NCBI GenBank assembly: GCA_951406725.2
Contig: OX597838.1
Coordinates: forward strand, 11,160,001 to 11,224,000
Reading direction: 5' to 3'
Source of the DNA: Octopus vulgaris
Taxonomy: Eukaryota
Length of the DNA: 64,000 nucleotides
Shown here piece by piece: positions 1-12,957 of this stretch (positions are counted from its first letter, which is position 1; every line of letters begins with the position of its first letter). Under the pieces are notes generated by a model. The model had not been told where the DNA came from, made no database searches, and saw nothing but the letters and a program-made list of their open reading frames with translations. Both the position numbers and the translations under genes were made by a program.

Positions 1-53
1 ATAAATGCTTTTTAGAAATTTTGCATTTAAAACCAAACTTAAGCACCTGATAC

Positions 54-100
54 ATTATTATTATTATTACTATTATTATTATTACTATTATTATTATTAC

Positions 101-139
<39 letters not shown>

Positions 140-164
140 TATTATGATTATTATTATTATTATT
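54..164. repeat. (TAT)n microsatellite
   Basis: Direct: run of tat/tac triplets. Confidence 0.95.
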
Positions 165-987
165 GAAAACAAGCTGACAGTATATTGCTTCCTATTAATG
201 TTCCCTTTTTTTCTTTTTTAAATGCCTCATTACCAATAAAAAATTAAAATGGGGGAAAAAAAATAATAGAATAGATTGTTAACAAAATGTCAGATATTCC
301 TCTGGGATTTACTCGGTTTGTAGATAAGGCAATATTATCAGAATTATTCACAGAAAATGAGAATGAAGTAACAATCTAGAGATAGTTCATATTGGCGTGC
401 GAACAAAAATTCGAAAAAACAACAGTTCGTTTATACAGAGGAATCGATAGCAGCTCAACCCAAGATCTATCAGAGGTATCTTGCCGCTATTTGCAAGCCC
501 CACACAACAGATGTCGAATCGATAACAAATAATAACTAGTGACTTCTTGAAGCAATCAGAAAAACGGTAATAAATCAATGATGCCATAACAGTGCAAAAA
601 AAAAAAAGGTAAAAAAAGGTAGAATTATTCTTGCTTTCTGACAGATCACATTATGTGTATGAGCTAAAAGAGAAACATTGGCATCGGGCAGAAACAAAGA
701 ATTATGTTAAACATCTCCATTGGGTTTTACGTTCAGCTAAACTTGTGATATTATGAGAGTAACTTAAAATATAAGCAATGTATCATGTTTAACAGACTGG
801 TATTAAAATCAGCAAACTGTGACAGACTTGTTCTTTGCAGAATATCAGGAATCTACTGGAACCAAGGAATCAATTAACTAAAACATAGTTGAAAATTGTT
901 AGAGACAGAAATCCAGAATACATATACATATATCATCATCATCATCATCATTTAACATCCGCTTTCTAAGCATATATATGTGTGTGT

Positions 988-1077
<90 letters not shown>

Positions 1078-1099
1078 ATATACACACACCTGCAATGAT

Positions 1100-1248
1100 C
1101 TTATGTGAGGGAGAGAGAGAGAGCAGACAAAGAAGCCTGGGTTATAAAAAACATTCAGTCAAAACCAAAGGCATTCTTTCATAATTCCAAAGAAACAGCC
1201 TCAGTACACTGCAAAATAGGACCCTTCTTCCAAAATAATGGCTCTCCC
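1100..1248 (+). mobile_element. CR1/L2-group LINE ORF2 remnant (segment upstream of RT)
   Basis: Translation [43 protein letters not shown] resembles the IKxNPKxFFxY...IGPL linker of CR1-group ORF2. Confidence 0.6.
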
Positions 1249-1448
1249 TCACACACACACATACATATATATATATACATATATATATATATACATACAT
1301 ACATATATATACACATACATATATATATATACACATACATATATATATATACACATATATACATACATATATATACACATACATATATATATATACACAT
1401 ACATATACACACATATATACATACACATATACACACACACATATATAC
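1249..1448. repeat. compound (CA)/(TA) microsatellite
   Basis: Direct. Confidence 0.95.
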
Positions 1449-1625
1449 CATGCTTTCCTTTAACTTTTGGGGAAGTTTCCCAGTTGCAAGGAAGCTTTGG
1501 AAGAGTTACTGTAGTGAACTTGCTAGAGCCTCATTACATTTCTTAAGGAGGAATTCTGGGAATCCACCAGGGTCTGTGACTGAGTTGAAGCTCATTTCAT
1601 CAACAGCTGATATTACAACAGTTTC
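1449..1625 (-). mobile_element. CR1/L2-group LINE RT N-terminal remnant
   Basis: Minus-strand translation [52 protein letters not shown] matches the GPDG...LLK.C...LA.PL..LF..SL..G.LP..K pattern; one internal stop. Confidence 0.7.
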
Positions 1626-1759
1626 CTCTATTCCAAATTACCCATAACTGTCATCTCTTTGTGTAGAGCTGTGGTTCTGAAGAACTTATGCATAACTATT
1701 TACTGTGGTGCCAAAGAATTCAGTAGCAATAAACAACCATCTTCTCTTCTTTGATCCAT

Positions 1760-2317
1760 TTAACAATTTCATTACCATATTCCTGATGAAATACATTGTT
1801 TATGTGTCTTAATTTGGAATATAATCAATCATTTAGAGGTGTTTAGTAAACCAAGTAATTTTGTTATTAAACTGGTGTTTGTTGCTTAACTTAACAAAAA
1901 GGTCCATACATAAAACTATGATGGGATGCTTTAATTTAAACATGAATAATTTAATTCCTTTGTTGCTATATTTCTAGATATTTAGCAAACTAAATAATTT
2001 TGTTATCAAACTGTTTTTTTTTTTTTAGCATGACTTCACAAAAGGTCCGTACATAAAAGTAAGATGGTGTGTTTTAATTTAAACATGAATCAATCCTTTT
2101 GTTACTGTATTTCTGTTGAAATATATTGTCTTTGCTTCATTTATTTTTGAAAATAACAAAAAATTTATAAAATAACATTGCCATTAAGTTTGTTTGGCAT
2201 ACAAATTAGTAAAATTTTAACGGAAGATTTTAATTCAGATCACAACAAGACAGTTTGTATTATAGAATGAGAGCCAGTTACTGGGAGGTGGATGGGGAGC
2301 TGGTATTAAAAGGGTTA
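1760..2317 (-). mobile_element. Decayed TTAA-type (piggyBac-like) MITE copies with a local ~135-bp tandem duplication
   Basis: Ends in aaagggttaa; internal similarity to the intact MITE at 34987-35207; 1855-1975 is repeated at 1995-2115. Confidence 0.5.
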
Positions 2318-2493
2318 AAATAAGATCCTTATTTTTTGATGCTATTAATTTTGTGAAACAAAACAAAAGGCAATCAAAGGTGAGTTTTGTTAAAAGGGTT
2401 AGCATAAAGTAACCAAAATACCTGTTTCCTAGAGAATTATGAATTAACATTTTACTCTTCATTAGAAGTAGTCCAGGTAGATGACTGCACTTC

Positions 2494-2826
2494 ATCATCA
2501 TCATCATCATCATTTAACGTCCGCTTTCCATGCTACCATGGGTTGAATGGTTTGACCGGGATCTGGGAAGCCAGAAGGCTGCACCAGGCTCCAATCTTGA
2601 TCTGGCAGTGTTTCTACAGCTGGATGCCCTTCCTAACGCCAACCACTCCGAGAGTGTAGTGGGTGCTTTTTATGTGCTAGGCGAGGCTGGCAACGGCCAC
2701 GATCGGTCGGTGCTTTTCACGTGCCACCGGCACGGAAGCCAGTCAAGGCGGAGTTGGCATTGACCACGCTCGGATGGTGCTATCGGCCACGTTCGGATGG
2801 TGCTTTTTCCGTGCCACTGGCACAGG
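2494..2826 (-). mobile_element. RTE-derived non-autonomous retroposon
   Basis: Reverse complement has GGCGTTAGGAAGGGCATCCAGCTGTAGAAAC and a CATGGAAAGCGGACGTTAAA(TGA)n tail. Further copies at about 3710-3905, 14960-15140, 17210-17395, 18330-18970, 40252-40372, 42686-42850, 43231-43436, 45647-45800, 51723-51820, 52103-52397, 54160-54360 and 58718-58917. Confidence 0.75.
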
Positions 2827-2973
2827 ATTCACTGTGCATTATATTAATTATTCTAGCAGTAGAACTTCATTAAAGACAGTAAAAAAGATAGGAGGAGATG
2901 ATCAAGAAATACACAAAATGAGATAATATATCACAATGAATAAGTGGAAGTCATGAAGCAGCATCAACAGTTT

Positions 2974-3278
2974 AGGCATGGCTGTGTGGTAGGAAGCTTG
3001 CTTCCCAAACACATGGTTCCAGGTATAGTTCCACACACACATATATATATATGACACAAAGACAGACCAGTGTGTGTCTATGTTTGTCTCTCACCAGTGC
3101 TGGTGTCTTTACCTCCCTGTAACTTACCAGTTCAACAAAAGAAACAATAGAAAAAATACCAAGCTTATAAAAAAATTACAGGGGGATCAATTAACTCAAC
3201 TAAAATATTCATCAAGGTGGTGCCCCAGCATGGCCACAGTCTAATGACTGAAACAAGTAAAAGAAGATAAAAGAAAAG
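2974..3278 (+). mobile_element. Decayed tRNA/CORE-type SINE
   Basis: GGCATGGCTGTGTGGTAG head and CCAGCATGGCCACAGTCTAATGACTGAAACAAGTAAAAG tail, shared with 8092-8500. Confidence 0.75.
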
Positions 3279-3970
3279 ACTCATTAAAAACAGAGAATGA
3301 TTAATTCCCCTCAGGATTTCCATTTTCTCTGCGTTTCCAAATTCAATATAATATTCTCACACAAATTACAAATAATCCTAGATTATGTACACATTGAATA
3401 TTTAAAGCCTGCAGAAACACAATATGAAAGGAAATGAATTCCCTGTTGTTTCGGGAGTTATACAGGTGTTAAGTTATTTAAAACTATCGGTGGCTTGTCA
3501 AAAAGCAGTGGTAGTGATTTTATAGACTTACAGCTCCCAGAGATCATTCTCATTCTCCCCTAAATGGTTAGTAACCATGTAGTGCTTCTATAAGAACTTG
3601 CTTGTCCCTCTCTTTTGCATTTTATCCACTCTTCTCCTTGCATAAAGCTGCCCAGCTCCCAAAACCAACCACTCAGGTTTTGAAGTTTTGCGAGCTGTAT
3701 GGCAACAAGAGGGCTTCGCTTGTGCTAGTGGAATGAAAAAAAGCATCTAGCACATGCTGCAAAGTGGCAGGCATTAGGAAGAGCATCATACTGTAAAAAC
3801 CACAGCAAATAGATAGTGGAGCACAATGCAGTCCATGAGCCTATTAGATCCTGTTGAAATGTTCAATCCATGATAGAATGGAACACGGATGTTAAATGAT
3901 GATGTTTGGCAAACCCACAGACTAAGTCAACCTCAGCATCATAACAATCATAAGTATTATTATTATTATT

Positions 3971-4528
3971 AAGGTAGTGAGCTGGCAGAATCATTAGCAT
4001 ACTGGGTGAAATGCTTAGTGGTATTTCGTTTGAGTTCAAATTCAGCTGAGGTCAACTTTGCCTTTCATCCTTTCAGGGTCGATAAATTAAGTACCAGTTA
4101 CACACTGGGGTCGATATAATCGACTTAATCCATTTGTCTGTCCTTGTTTGTCCTCTCTGTGTTAAGCCCCTTGTGTAGGTAGTAAAGAAATAGGTATTTT
4201 GTCTACCGCTATGTTCTGAGTTCAAATTCCGCCAAGGTCGACTTTGCCTTTCATCCTTTCGGGGTCGATTAAATAAGTACCAGTTATGCACTGGGGTTGA
4301 TACAATCAACTTAATTCGTTTGTCTGTCCTTGTTTGTCTCCTCTGTGCTTAGCTCCTTGTGGGTAGTAAAGAAATGGATATTTCATCTGTCTTTACTTTC
4401 CGATTTCAAATTCTGCCGAGGTTGACCTAAGTCTTTCGTCCTTTCGGGGGTCAATAAAATAAGTACCATTTGGGTCGATGCTATTGACTAACCCCCTCCC
4501 CCAAATTTCAGGCCTCGTGCCTTTAGTA
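3971..4528 (+). mobile_element. Tandem SINE units with a Meta/MESC-like central domain
   Basis: Head AAGGTAGTGAGCTGGCAGAATC followed by three copies of GAGTTCAAATTC...GGTCGACTTTGCCTTTCATCCTTTCGGGGTCGAT...AAGTACC. Confidence 0.75.
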
Positions 4529-4705
4529 CAGTGGTTCCCAACCTTTTCACTACCAAGGACCCCTTTTATTCAAATGAGCTTTCTCACGGACTCCTTATCC
4601 TTATCCTTATGTATATATGAAATCTTGAATTTAGTTTACCGACCCCCAGTACTAACTTTGTGGACCACCAGGGGTCCACGGACCACAGAGGTCCACAGAC
4701 CACAT
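4529..4705 (+). mobile_element. hAT/Charlie-like MITE lacking its right TIR
   Basis: Starts CAGTGGTTCCCAACCTTTT; flanked by ctttagta (4521-4528) and ctttagca (4706-4713), a likely 8-bp TSD. Confidence 0.65.
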
Positions 4706-4974
4706 CTTTAGCAGAAAAACTTATTATCATTATTGTTGTTGTTGTTATTATTATTTGTTTGTTTTTTTCCAATTAAAAGCATTTTATTTTCTTTTTATTG
4801 ACGAGCTGATTTTTCTTCGAAAAGAAACAAATTACAAAAATTATTCAAATTACCATAATTAATATACATATTTGTGTGTGTGTACTGATGTAGATATATG
4901 ATTATCAATAAGTAATTGTTTGAAACAAGTCCTTTAATAGAAAATGTATCTCCTCAAAGCAATCTATCTATCAA

Positions 4975-5147
<173 letters not shown>

Positions 5148-5454
5148 GTAGTAGTATAGTAGTAGTAGTAGTACAATTAATAATAGATCAATTTATTTAT
5201 TGATGCATTTCTTTTATTGTTTTCTGTTATATAGTCTTTCAGAAATATATCTTTGTTTAAATACGAAGATGAAGCTTTATAAATAATTATACATAATTAT
5301 GTTTATTGATATGGTTATGAAGGTAATCCATAATGAAAAGATTAATAACGATAAAAACCGTGAGAGAGAAAAGAATGAATAAATAAATAAATAAATAAAC
5401 AGTATCAAATACACAAAGCCTTGCAATCAATCTACTGAAAAAGTGTTAATCTTA

Positions 5455-5504
5455 TAATGATGATAATAATAATAATAATAGTAATAATAATAATAATAAT
5501 AGTA

Positions 5505-5540
<36 letters not shown>

Positions 5541-5888
5541 GTAATAATAATAATAGTAGTAATAATAATAATAGTAATAGTAATAATAATAATAGTAGTA
5601 ATAATAATAATAATAATAGTAATAATAATAATAGTAGTAATAATAATAATAATAATAGTAATAATAATAATAGTAGTAATAATAATAATAATAATAGTAA
5701 TAATAATAATAGTAGTAATAATAATAATAATAATAGTAATAATAATAATAGTAGTAATAATAATAATAGTAATAGTAATAATAATAATAGTAGTAATAAT
5801 AATAATAATAATAGTAATAATAATAATAGTAGTAATAATAATAATAATAATAGTAATAATAATAATAGTAGTAATAATAATAATAGTA

Positions 5889-5924
<36 letters not shown>

Positions 5925-6389
5925 GTAATAATAATAATAATAGTAATAATAATAATAATAATAGTAATAATAATAATAGTAGTAATAATAATAATAGTAA
6001 TAGTAATAATAATAATAGTAGTAATAATAATAATAATAATAGTAATAATAATAGTAATAATAATAATAATAATAATAGTAATAATAATAATAATAATAAT
6101 AGTAATAATAGTAATAATAATAATAATAGTAATAATAATAATAGTAATAATAATAATAATAGTAATAATAATAATAATAGTAATAATAGTAATAATAATA
6201 ATAATAATAATAGTAATAATAATAATAATAATAGTAATAATAGTAATAATAGTAATAATAATAATAATAGTAATAATAGTAATAATAATAATAATAATAA
6301 TAGTAATAATAATAATAATAATAATAATAGTAATAATAGTAATAATAATAATAATAGTAATAATAATAATAATAATAATAATAGTAATA

Positions 6390-6434
<45 letters not shown>

Positions 6435-6512
6435 GTAATAATAATAATAGTAATAATAATAATAATAGTAATAATAATAATAGTAATAATAATAGTAATA
6501 ATAATAGTAATA

Positions 6513-6584
<72 letters not shown>

Positions 6585-6788
6585 GTAATAGTAGTAATAA
6601 TAATAATAATAATAGTAATAATAATAATAATAATAGTAATAATAATAATAGTAGTAATAATAATAATAGTAATAGTAATAATAATAATAGTAGTAATAAT
6701 AATAATAATAATAGTAATAATAATAATAGTAGTAATAATAATAATAATAATAGTAATAATAATAATAGTAGTAATAATAATAATAGTA

Positions 6789-6824
<36 letters not shown>

Positions 6825-7184
6825 GTAATAATAATAATAATAGTAATAATAATAATAATAATAGTAATAATAATAATAGTAGTAATAATAATAATAGTAA
6901 TAGTAATAATAATAATAGTAGTAATAATAATAATAATAATAGTAATAATAATAATAGTAATAATAATAATAATAATAATAGTAATAATAATAATAATAAT
7001 AGTAATAATAGTAATAATAATAATAATAGTAATAATAATAATAGTAATAATAATAATAATAGTAATAATAATAATAATAGTAATAATATTAATAATAGTA
7101 ATAATAATAATAGTAATAATAATAATAATAGTAATAATAATAGTAATAATAGTAATAATAATAATAATAGTAATAATAGTAATA

Positions 7185-7232
<48 letters not shown>

Positions 7233-7292
7233 GTAATAATAGTAATAATAATAATAATAGTAATAATAATAATAATAATAATAATAGTAATA

Positions 7293-7337
<45 letters not shown>

Positions 7338-7382
7338 GTAATAATAATAATAGTAATAATAATAATAATAGTAATAATAATA

Positions 7383-7432
<50 letters not shown>
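5455..7432. repeat. ~2-kb (AAT/AGT)n trinucleotide array with an internal 900-bp duplication
   Basis: Direct: 60-nt lines at 5761, 5821, 5881, 5941 and 6121 recur at 6661, 6721, 6781, 6841 and 7021. Confidence 0.95.
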
Positions 7433-7433
<1 letters not shown>

Positions 7434-7554
7434 GTGGTGGTGGTGGTGGTGGTGATGATGATGATGATGATAAATTTTTTCTTGCAGAGCAGCAGTTTTG
7501 TTTTTTTTTTTATTTTATTATTTTCATGCTTTCAATAAACGGTTTTATTTTTAG

Positions 7555-7696
7555 TTCCATTAAAATATCAGGATGGAATGAGATTTGAAGTAGGTGGTAG
7601 GTGCCTGATTGTTTGTCGACCGAGATGTAACCTAGGAATCGATAAATTTGTTTCAATAATAGCAATAGATCAGAAAGGAAACGTTAAATTACAATG
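7555..7696 (+). other. Candidate internal exon, unknown product
   Basis: ttttatttttag acceptor, ATG|gtaaat donor, one open frame PLKYQDGMRFEVGGRCLIVCRPRCNLGIDKFVSIIAIDQKGNVKLQ in unique sequence. Confidence 0.3.
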
Positions 7697-8091
7697 GTAA
7701 ATATGGCAGCAGATTTCTGTAATACTGAATGACAATAATGGTAATGTTTCTTTTTCCTTGACCATAAAGCAAAGTAGAAATGGTTAAAAATTCAATTGTA
7801 TTACTGACCTCATCTTTTATGTTGCCATCTACGTTATAATTGTAGTTCTCTGACCATTCTCAGAAGCCATAAATATAAATATGCATATTCATAAGTGGAT
7901 TTTTATTGCAATTACAGGATCATGGCTCAGAGGATAATTACAGATAATACTGCAACCTACATTAAAAGTCTGAGAGTTCAATTCCAAGCCAAAGAAATAT
8001 GTATGAAAATGTGCCATTCTTTAAGTTTCTCTTGTACAGTTATCCTGTACATCAGGCAACAAGATGTCTTCATTAATCCTTCAACAATATA

Positions 8092-8500
8092 GGCGCAGGA
8101 GTGGCTGTGTGGTAAGTAGCTTGTTTACCAACCACATAGTTCCGGGTTCAGTCCCACTGCATGGTACCTTGGGCAAGTGTCTTCTACTACAGCCTCTGGC
8201 CAACCAAAGCCTTGTGAGTGGGTATGGTAGACGGAAACTGAAAGAAGCCCGTCGTATATATGTATATATATATATATGCGTGTGTGTGTTTGTGTTTCTG
8301 TCTTTGCCCCCCTAGCATTGCTTGACTACCGATGCTGGTGTGTTTACGTCTCCGTTACTTAGCGGATCGGCAAAAGAGACCGATAGAATAAGTACTGGGC
8401 TTACAAAAGAATAAGTCCCGGGGTCGAGTTGCTCAATTAAAAGGCGGTGCCCCAGCATGGCCGCAGTCAAATGACTGAAACAAGTAAAAGAGATAAGAGA
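8092..8500 (+). mobile_element. Full-length tRNA/CORE-type SINE (octopus OR-type)
   Basis: A-box TGGCTGTGTGG, B-box-like GGTTCAGTCCC, CORE-like ACCTTGGGCAAGT, internal TA/TG microsatellite and GACTGAAACAAGTAAAAGAG tail. Confidence 0.9.
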
Positions 8501-8502
8501 GA

Positions 8503-8716
8503 TTTAAACCGGGCTATATCTGGCCCAAATATTCTTCCTACTTTATATTCGAAGTAACCAGATCTGGCCTCTTACATCTATCCTAACATGCCATTCCTAA
8601 AATAAAGAGTTTCATCACTGAAATCTCAAAGCTACAAGACAATGCCCGAGTAGTTCAAAATAAGGTAAATATATAAGCATTATATTTAACAGAGTAATCT
8701 GAATGCTGAAGGGTAA
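8503..8716 (+). mobile_element. TTAA-type MITE (family of 62084-62303), 5' end truncated
   Basis: tttaaaccgggctatatctggcccaaat...aatctgaatgctgaaggg matches 62084-62303. Confidence 0.7.
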
Positions 8717-10808
8717 TTCATCTTCCCAGGTGATGCTAAGCTGCTTCATATCTTCTTTGAAGATGACACACCATGTCATCTTAGTTCTCCCACTCTTTTT
8801 CCAACCCTCTGCTAGTACCTAAAGTGGTAGCTGTCTTGGGTATTCAATCCAGCAATTAGAAAACAAACATGACCTGCAAATCTCTCTCTTTTTTCCACCA
8901 AAATCTCCTGCAGGCTCCACAGAAAGGCTCTTAAGACTTCAGAGTTTGTGATTCTGTCTACATAGATTAAATTGAGTTAGTTTGGCAGTTATTTTCCAAA
9001 TTTCTCCTGCGTAGAGTGCTGGTGCAGCAGGATCTTCAAGCAGTTGCCAGTCTGGATAAAATGCCTCAGACAACATATTTAACCACTAAAAAATTAAGTG
9101 CCACTGTTTTCATCATCTTTGTTTACTTAACTGATGTTAAAACCTCAATTTTTTCTCTATCAATGATCTCTAAGGAAACTATATATAAAAAAAAAATAAA
9201 TGAATGTTAGTTTTGTTTTGAAATTACAGTTTTTCTCAGCCAGTTATCTGTAAAATTAAATAAGCTATACATCTTTAATTAAATCTCATACACTAGTTGA
9301 GTTAAAGATTATTACAAGACAAAAAGTGAAATCAGTACTCAAAAATCAAAATGAATTAACAACTTATCTTTTAACTCTAGGTAGATCAGCTGTGATACAC
9401 AAGGTAATGTAGGTGATTAGCTCCAGCATTGAAATTTGGAACACCACACAAATTCTGAACAACTTCAACAAACTAAAAGAATATTTAACCACAACCATGG
9501 GCAGTCCTTGCACTTGTCAGAAGGAAGGTAAAGCCTACGGGTCAGCAATGCTAGACTCGAAAATCTAAACGAGATCCCAACTTACCACACAGCCTCCCCT
9601 GCACCTATAGCCATTCCTGCACCTATTCTTTAACACGCTTTTCAGGCTTTTCTCAGTTTCTGTCTACCAAATCCACTCACAAAGCTTTGGTGGGCATGAG
9701 GTTATATTAGAAAACTAAACCTAGGACCAAGTGATTGCAACATAAACATCTTACCACACAGCCATGCCTGTATATGTATTTATGCATCTGTATATCTATA
9801 TATCTGTATATATTGTGTTGATATATATTAACAGAAGTGAATATCAGTACTTTTGAAATAAAGATAACCTGTGCAGTATTTGTTCTGTCCAGTTAGACAA
9901 ATTTCATATCCCTCATACTATCAGAAATACAGTGAGTCAGTGATCGGTTCACTGCAAACCGATAACCAACAATGCTACTGTTCACCAATTACAAAATCCC
10001 TGACTCTGCTCATTAACCATAAAAACCCTTAACATAACTAAGTTTCTAAATGTCAGAAATTACACATCATTGCAGAAGCTGACATTTCTCTTTTTAGCCA
10101 TCAAACGACAATGGTGGGAACCGTTATAATGGTAAGGCGGCAGTTGCTGTTGCTGCTTTTGCTACTGGTATGCTACAGAATTCAATCATGAATATGTATA
10201 TTGGTTCAATATTTACATGGCAAATGAGGTGGAGATAATACCACAAGGAAAAAAAAATCAATTACAATATCTTTAAAATTTCTTTCTTCTTTTCGTGTTG
10301 TTGTTTTAAATCAATGAATAAGATGATAATTTAAATGTGTAATTTAGAATAAAACTAACTGATTGGAACTTGTAAAATGGAACAAAATAATTCTGTTCAA
10401 AAGGCAGCTTGTTTTGGTAATCATTGCAAAACACAAGCAAATTAATGAATTCTAGCCCTAATTCTCGATTCTTCATCTTGCATTTGGTGCTGGAAGACAG
10501 CTAAATACAGCTATGCGATTCCGTTCATTCTTCTTTTCAAATAAACCAAAGGTAAAATGATCACACAGAAACATAATATGGTTTTATTTAAAGAAATCAA
10601 CATGAAGTTAGTATGCTGTTCAAAAGGATTATTTTGCATCATTTTCCTTGCCTTTAATTTAAATTTTCTCTCTCTCTATCTCTCTTTTCAAAGAAGTTTT
10701 TGTTTTCCAAAAATTTATTGAACAGAGTACCTTCAACTACTTCAAAGTCTCCCCACAGAATTAATTGATTACCTCTGGTACTCTGTTGCTGGAGAGACCC
10801 ATCCAACT

Positions 10809-11041
10809 TACGATGGGCTGCTGAAAACTTCCTGGATTTGGGTAAAAAAAAAAAATGCAGGAGGATCAGTTACTTATGATTTTATTCAACTTTCTCCCCT
10901 CTACTCCATTGATCACCTTGTCCCAATTCTTTTCCACCAGGAGATCTGGTCTGAACCAAACCCCAAGCAACTTGCCCAGTCCATCTAGCCAGCACCCCAC
11001 TGACTTTTGTTTTGCTCCTGTCAACTTTTCATCCGACTCGT
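10809..11041. mobile_element. Tc1/mariner-derived MITE
   Basis: Starts TA-CGATGGGCTGCTGAAAACTT and ends AACTTTTCATCCGACTCGT (imperfect TIR); its left part is shared with 41070-41230. Confidence 0.55.
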
Positions 11042-11336
11042 GGTCGATGCCAGTGCCGCCTCGACTGGCTTCCGTGCCGGTGGCACGTAAAATACACCAA
11101 TCCAACCCTGGCCGTTGCCAGCCTCGCCTGGCACCTGTGCAGGTGGCACGTAAAAAGCACCCACTACACTCACGGAGTGGTTGGCGTAAGGAAGGGCATC
11201 TAACTGTAGAAACATTGCCAGATAAGACTGGAGCCTGGAGCAGCCTTCTGGCTTCCCAGATCCCCGGTCGAACCGCCCAACCCATGCTAGCATGGAGAAC
11301 AGACGTTAAACGATGATGATGATGATGATGATGATG
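11038..11336 (+). mobile_element. RTE-derived non-autonomous retroposon, well preserved
   Basis: GTGGCACGTAAAA repeats, GGAAGGGCATC motif, ACCCATGCTAGCATGG...GTTAAAC(GAT)n tail. Confidence 0.8.
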
Positions 11337-11631
11337 TACTGACCACCTCGGTTTCTGAGGTGTTCGACACCGTCACAGTGAACTCGTCCACATAAGCTGA
11401 CACAGCCCTTCTGTGTCCTGGTTCAAGCGGGATGCCCTGCAGCAGCTCCAGCTTCCACAGTAAAGGCTCAAGAGTCAATACGCACAGAAGGGAGGAGAGA
11501 GAGGGCACCCTTGACAGACTGACTGGGAGATCTGAAACAGTTCCGAGAGGTGGCCATTAACTTTGACCACTGAGCAGGATGCTGCTGTGCATTGCAGTGA
11601 TCCAAGCTCTGAAGATGGGACCGAAGACAGC
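11337..11631 (-). mobile_element. L1/Tx1-like reverse transcriptase fragment
   Basis: Minus strand reads SVCQGCPLS (frameshift) LLCVLTLEPLL...VSAYVDEFTV, degenerate QGCPLSP and YADD RT motifs. Confidence 0.8.
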
Positions 11632-11637
11632 TAATAG

Positions 11638-11723
<86 letters not shown>

Positions 11724-11724
11724 T

Positions 11725-12104
11725 CCAGTACATACAGACCGAACCATCAAGGCCAATAAACCAGATATTGTTGTGAAAGACCAAAACAATAAAGTTTGCT
11801 TATTGATCGACATGAGCATCCCCTGTGATCATAATATCTCAGCGAAAGAGTTTGACAAGCTCAGAAAATATAAAGACCTACTCATTGAAATTGAGAAAAT
11901 GTGGCATCTCAAGGCGGTTACAATACCAGTGATCGTAGGAGCACTAGGAATGATCAAGAAGGGAACCGAAAATTATATGAGAATGATCCCTGGCTTACCA
12001 TCCCTGCAAGAAGTGCAAAAGATTGTCTTAACTGGTACATCACACGTATTGAGAAGAGCATTGTCGATGTGAGAACTGTTGCTGCTCATGTATTTTAATT
12101 TAAC

Positions 12105-12135
<31 letters not shown>

Positions 12136-12257
12136 AACGAACTACTGAGTTTGGTTTAATGGCCTACCAATATACACTATGAGTTTCTTTGCCCTAGGAG
12201 TCGGGAAGACACTCGGCAAGAAATGGAAGAAAATTTGAAAGAAGAAAAAAAAAAAAG
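11725..12257 (+). mobile_element. 5'-truncated R4/Dong-clade LINE: restriction-like endonuclease domain (ORF end 12072) plus 3' UTR
   Basis: Open frame PVHTDRTIKANKPDIVVKDQNNKVCLLIDMSIP...KLRKYKDL...VIVGALG...LRRALSM* fits the PD..D..KY RLE signature; flanked on both sides by (TAA)n. Confidence 0.85.
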
Positions 12258-12314
12258 TAATAATAATAATACTAATAATAATAATACTAATAATAATAAT
12301 ACTAATAATAATAC

Positions 12315-12348
<34 letters not shown>

Positions 12349-12437
12349 ACTAATATTAATACTAATAATAATAATAATAATACTAATATTAATACTAATA
12401 ATAATAATAATACTAATAATAATACTAATATTAATAC

Positions 12438-12490
<53 letters not shown>
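12258..12490. repeat. (TAA/TAC)n microsatellite
   Basis: Direct; a similar tract lies at 11632-11722. Confidence 0.95.
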
Positions 12491-12493
<3 letters not shown>

Positions 12494-12957
12494 GAGAATA
12501 GTAATAAAAATAAAACATTTTTCTCTGTATTGTCTACGCACATAGGCATTCATTTCAATAATTTACACATTTATATATATATATATATATATATATCTCT
12601 CACACACATACATCACAGCATTGATGTGTTTATGGTATGAAAAGAAATATAGAATTTCAGAGCTATAATTAATAGAAGTCTATTTTTAATAATTTGAATA
12701 AATTTGCTTGCTGTTATTTTTGGCAGCCAAGCCAAGCTATCATTAAAATTACTTCAAAGAAGAACCTCATTTAAAACTTCTATTGAAAAAAAAATGGAAT
12801 TTATCTGTAAATTTTTGGTTATTATAAGTGAATTGATAGCTATACGAACAGAAACGGAACTATACAAGCTTCTTCCGTTGACATAAGAAATGTCAAGAAC
12901 AAGACAGAGCCTTTCTCATTCTAAAATATCCTTCCATCGTAAATTTATGCAAGACCA

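Noticed and set aside
5457-7538. 693-aa poly-Ile/Val ORF
   Set aside because: It is the translation of the (AAT/AGT)n microsatellite.
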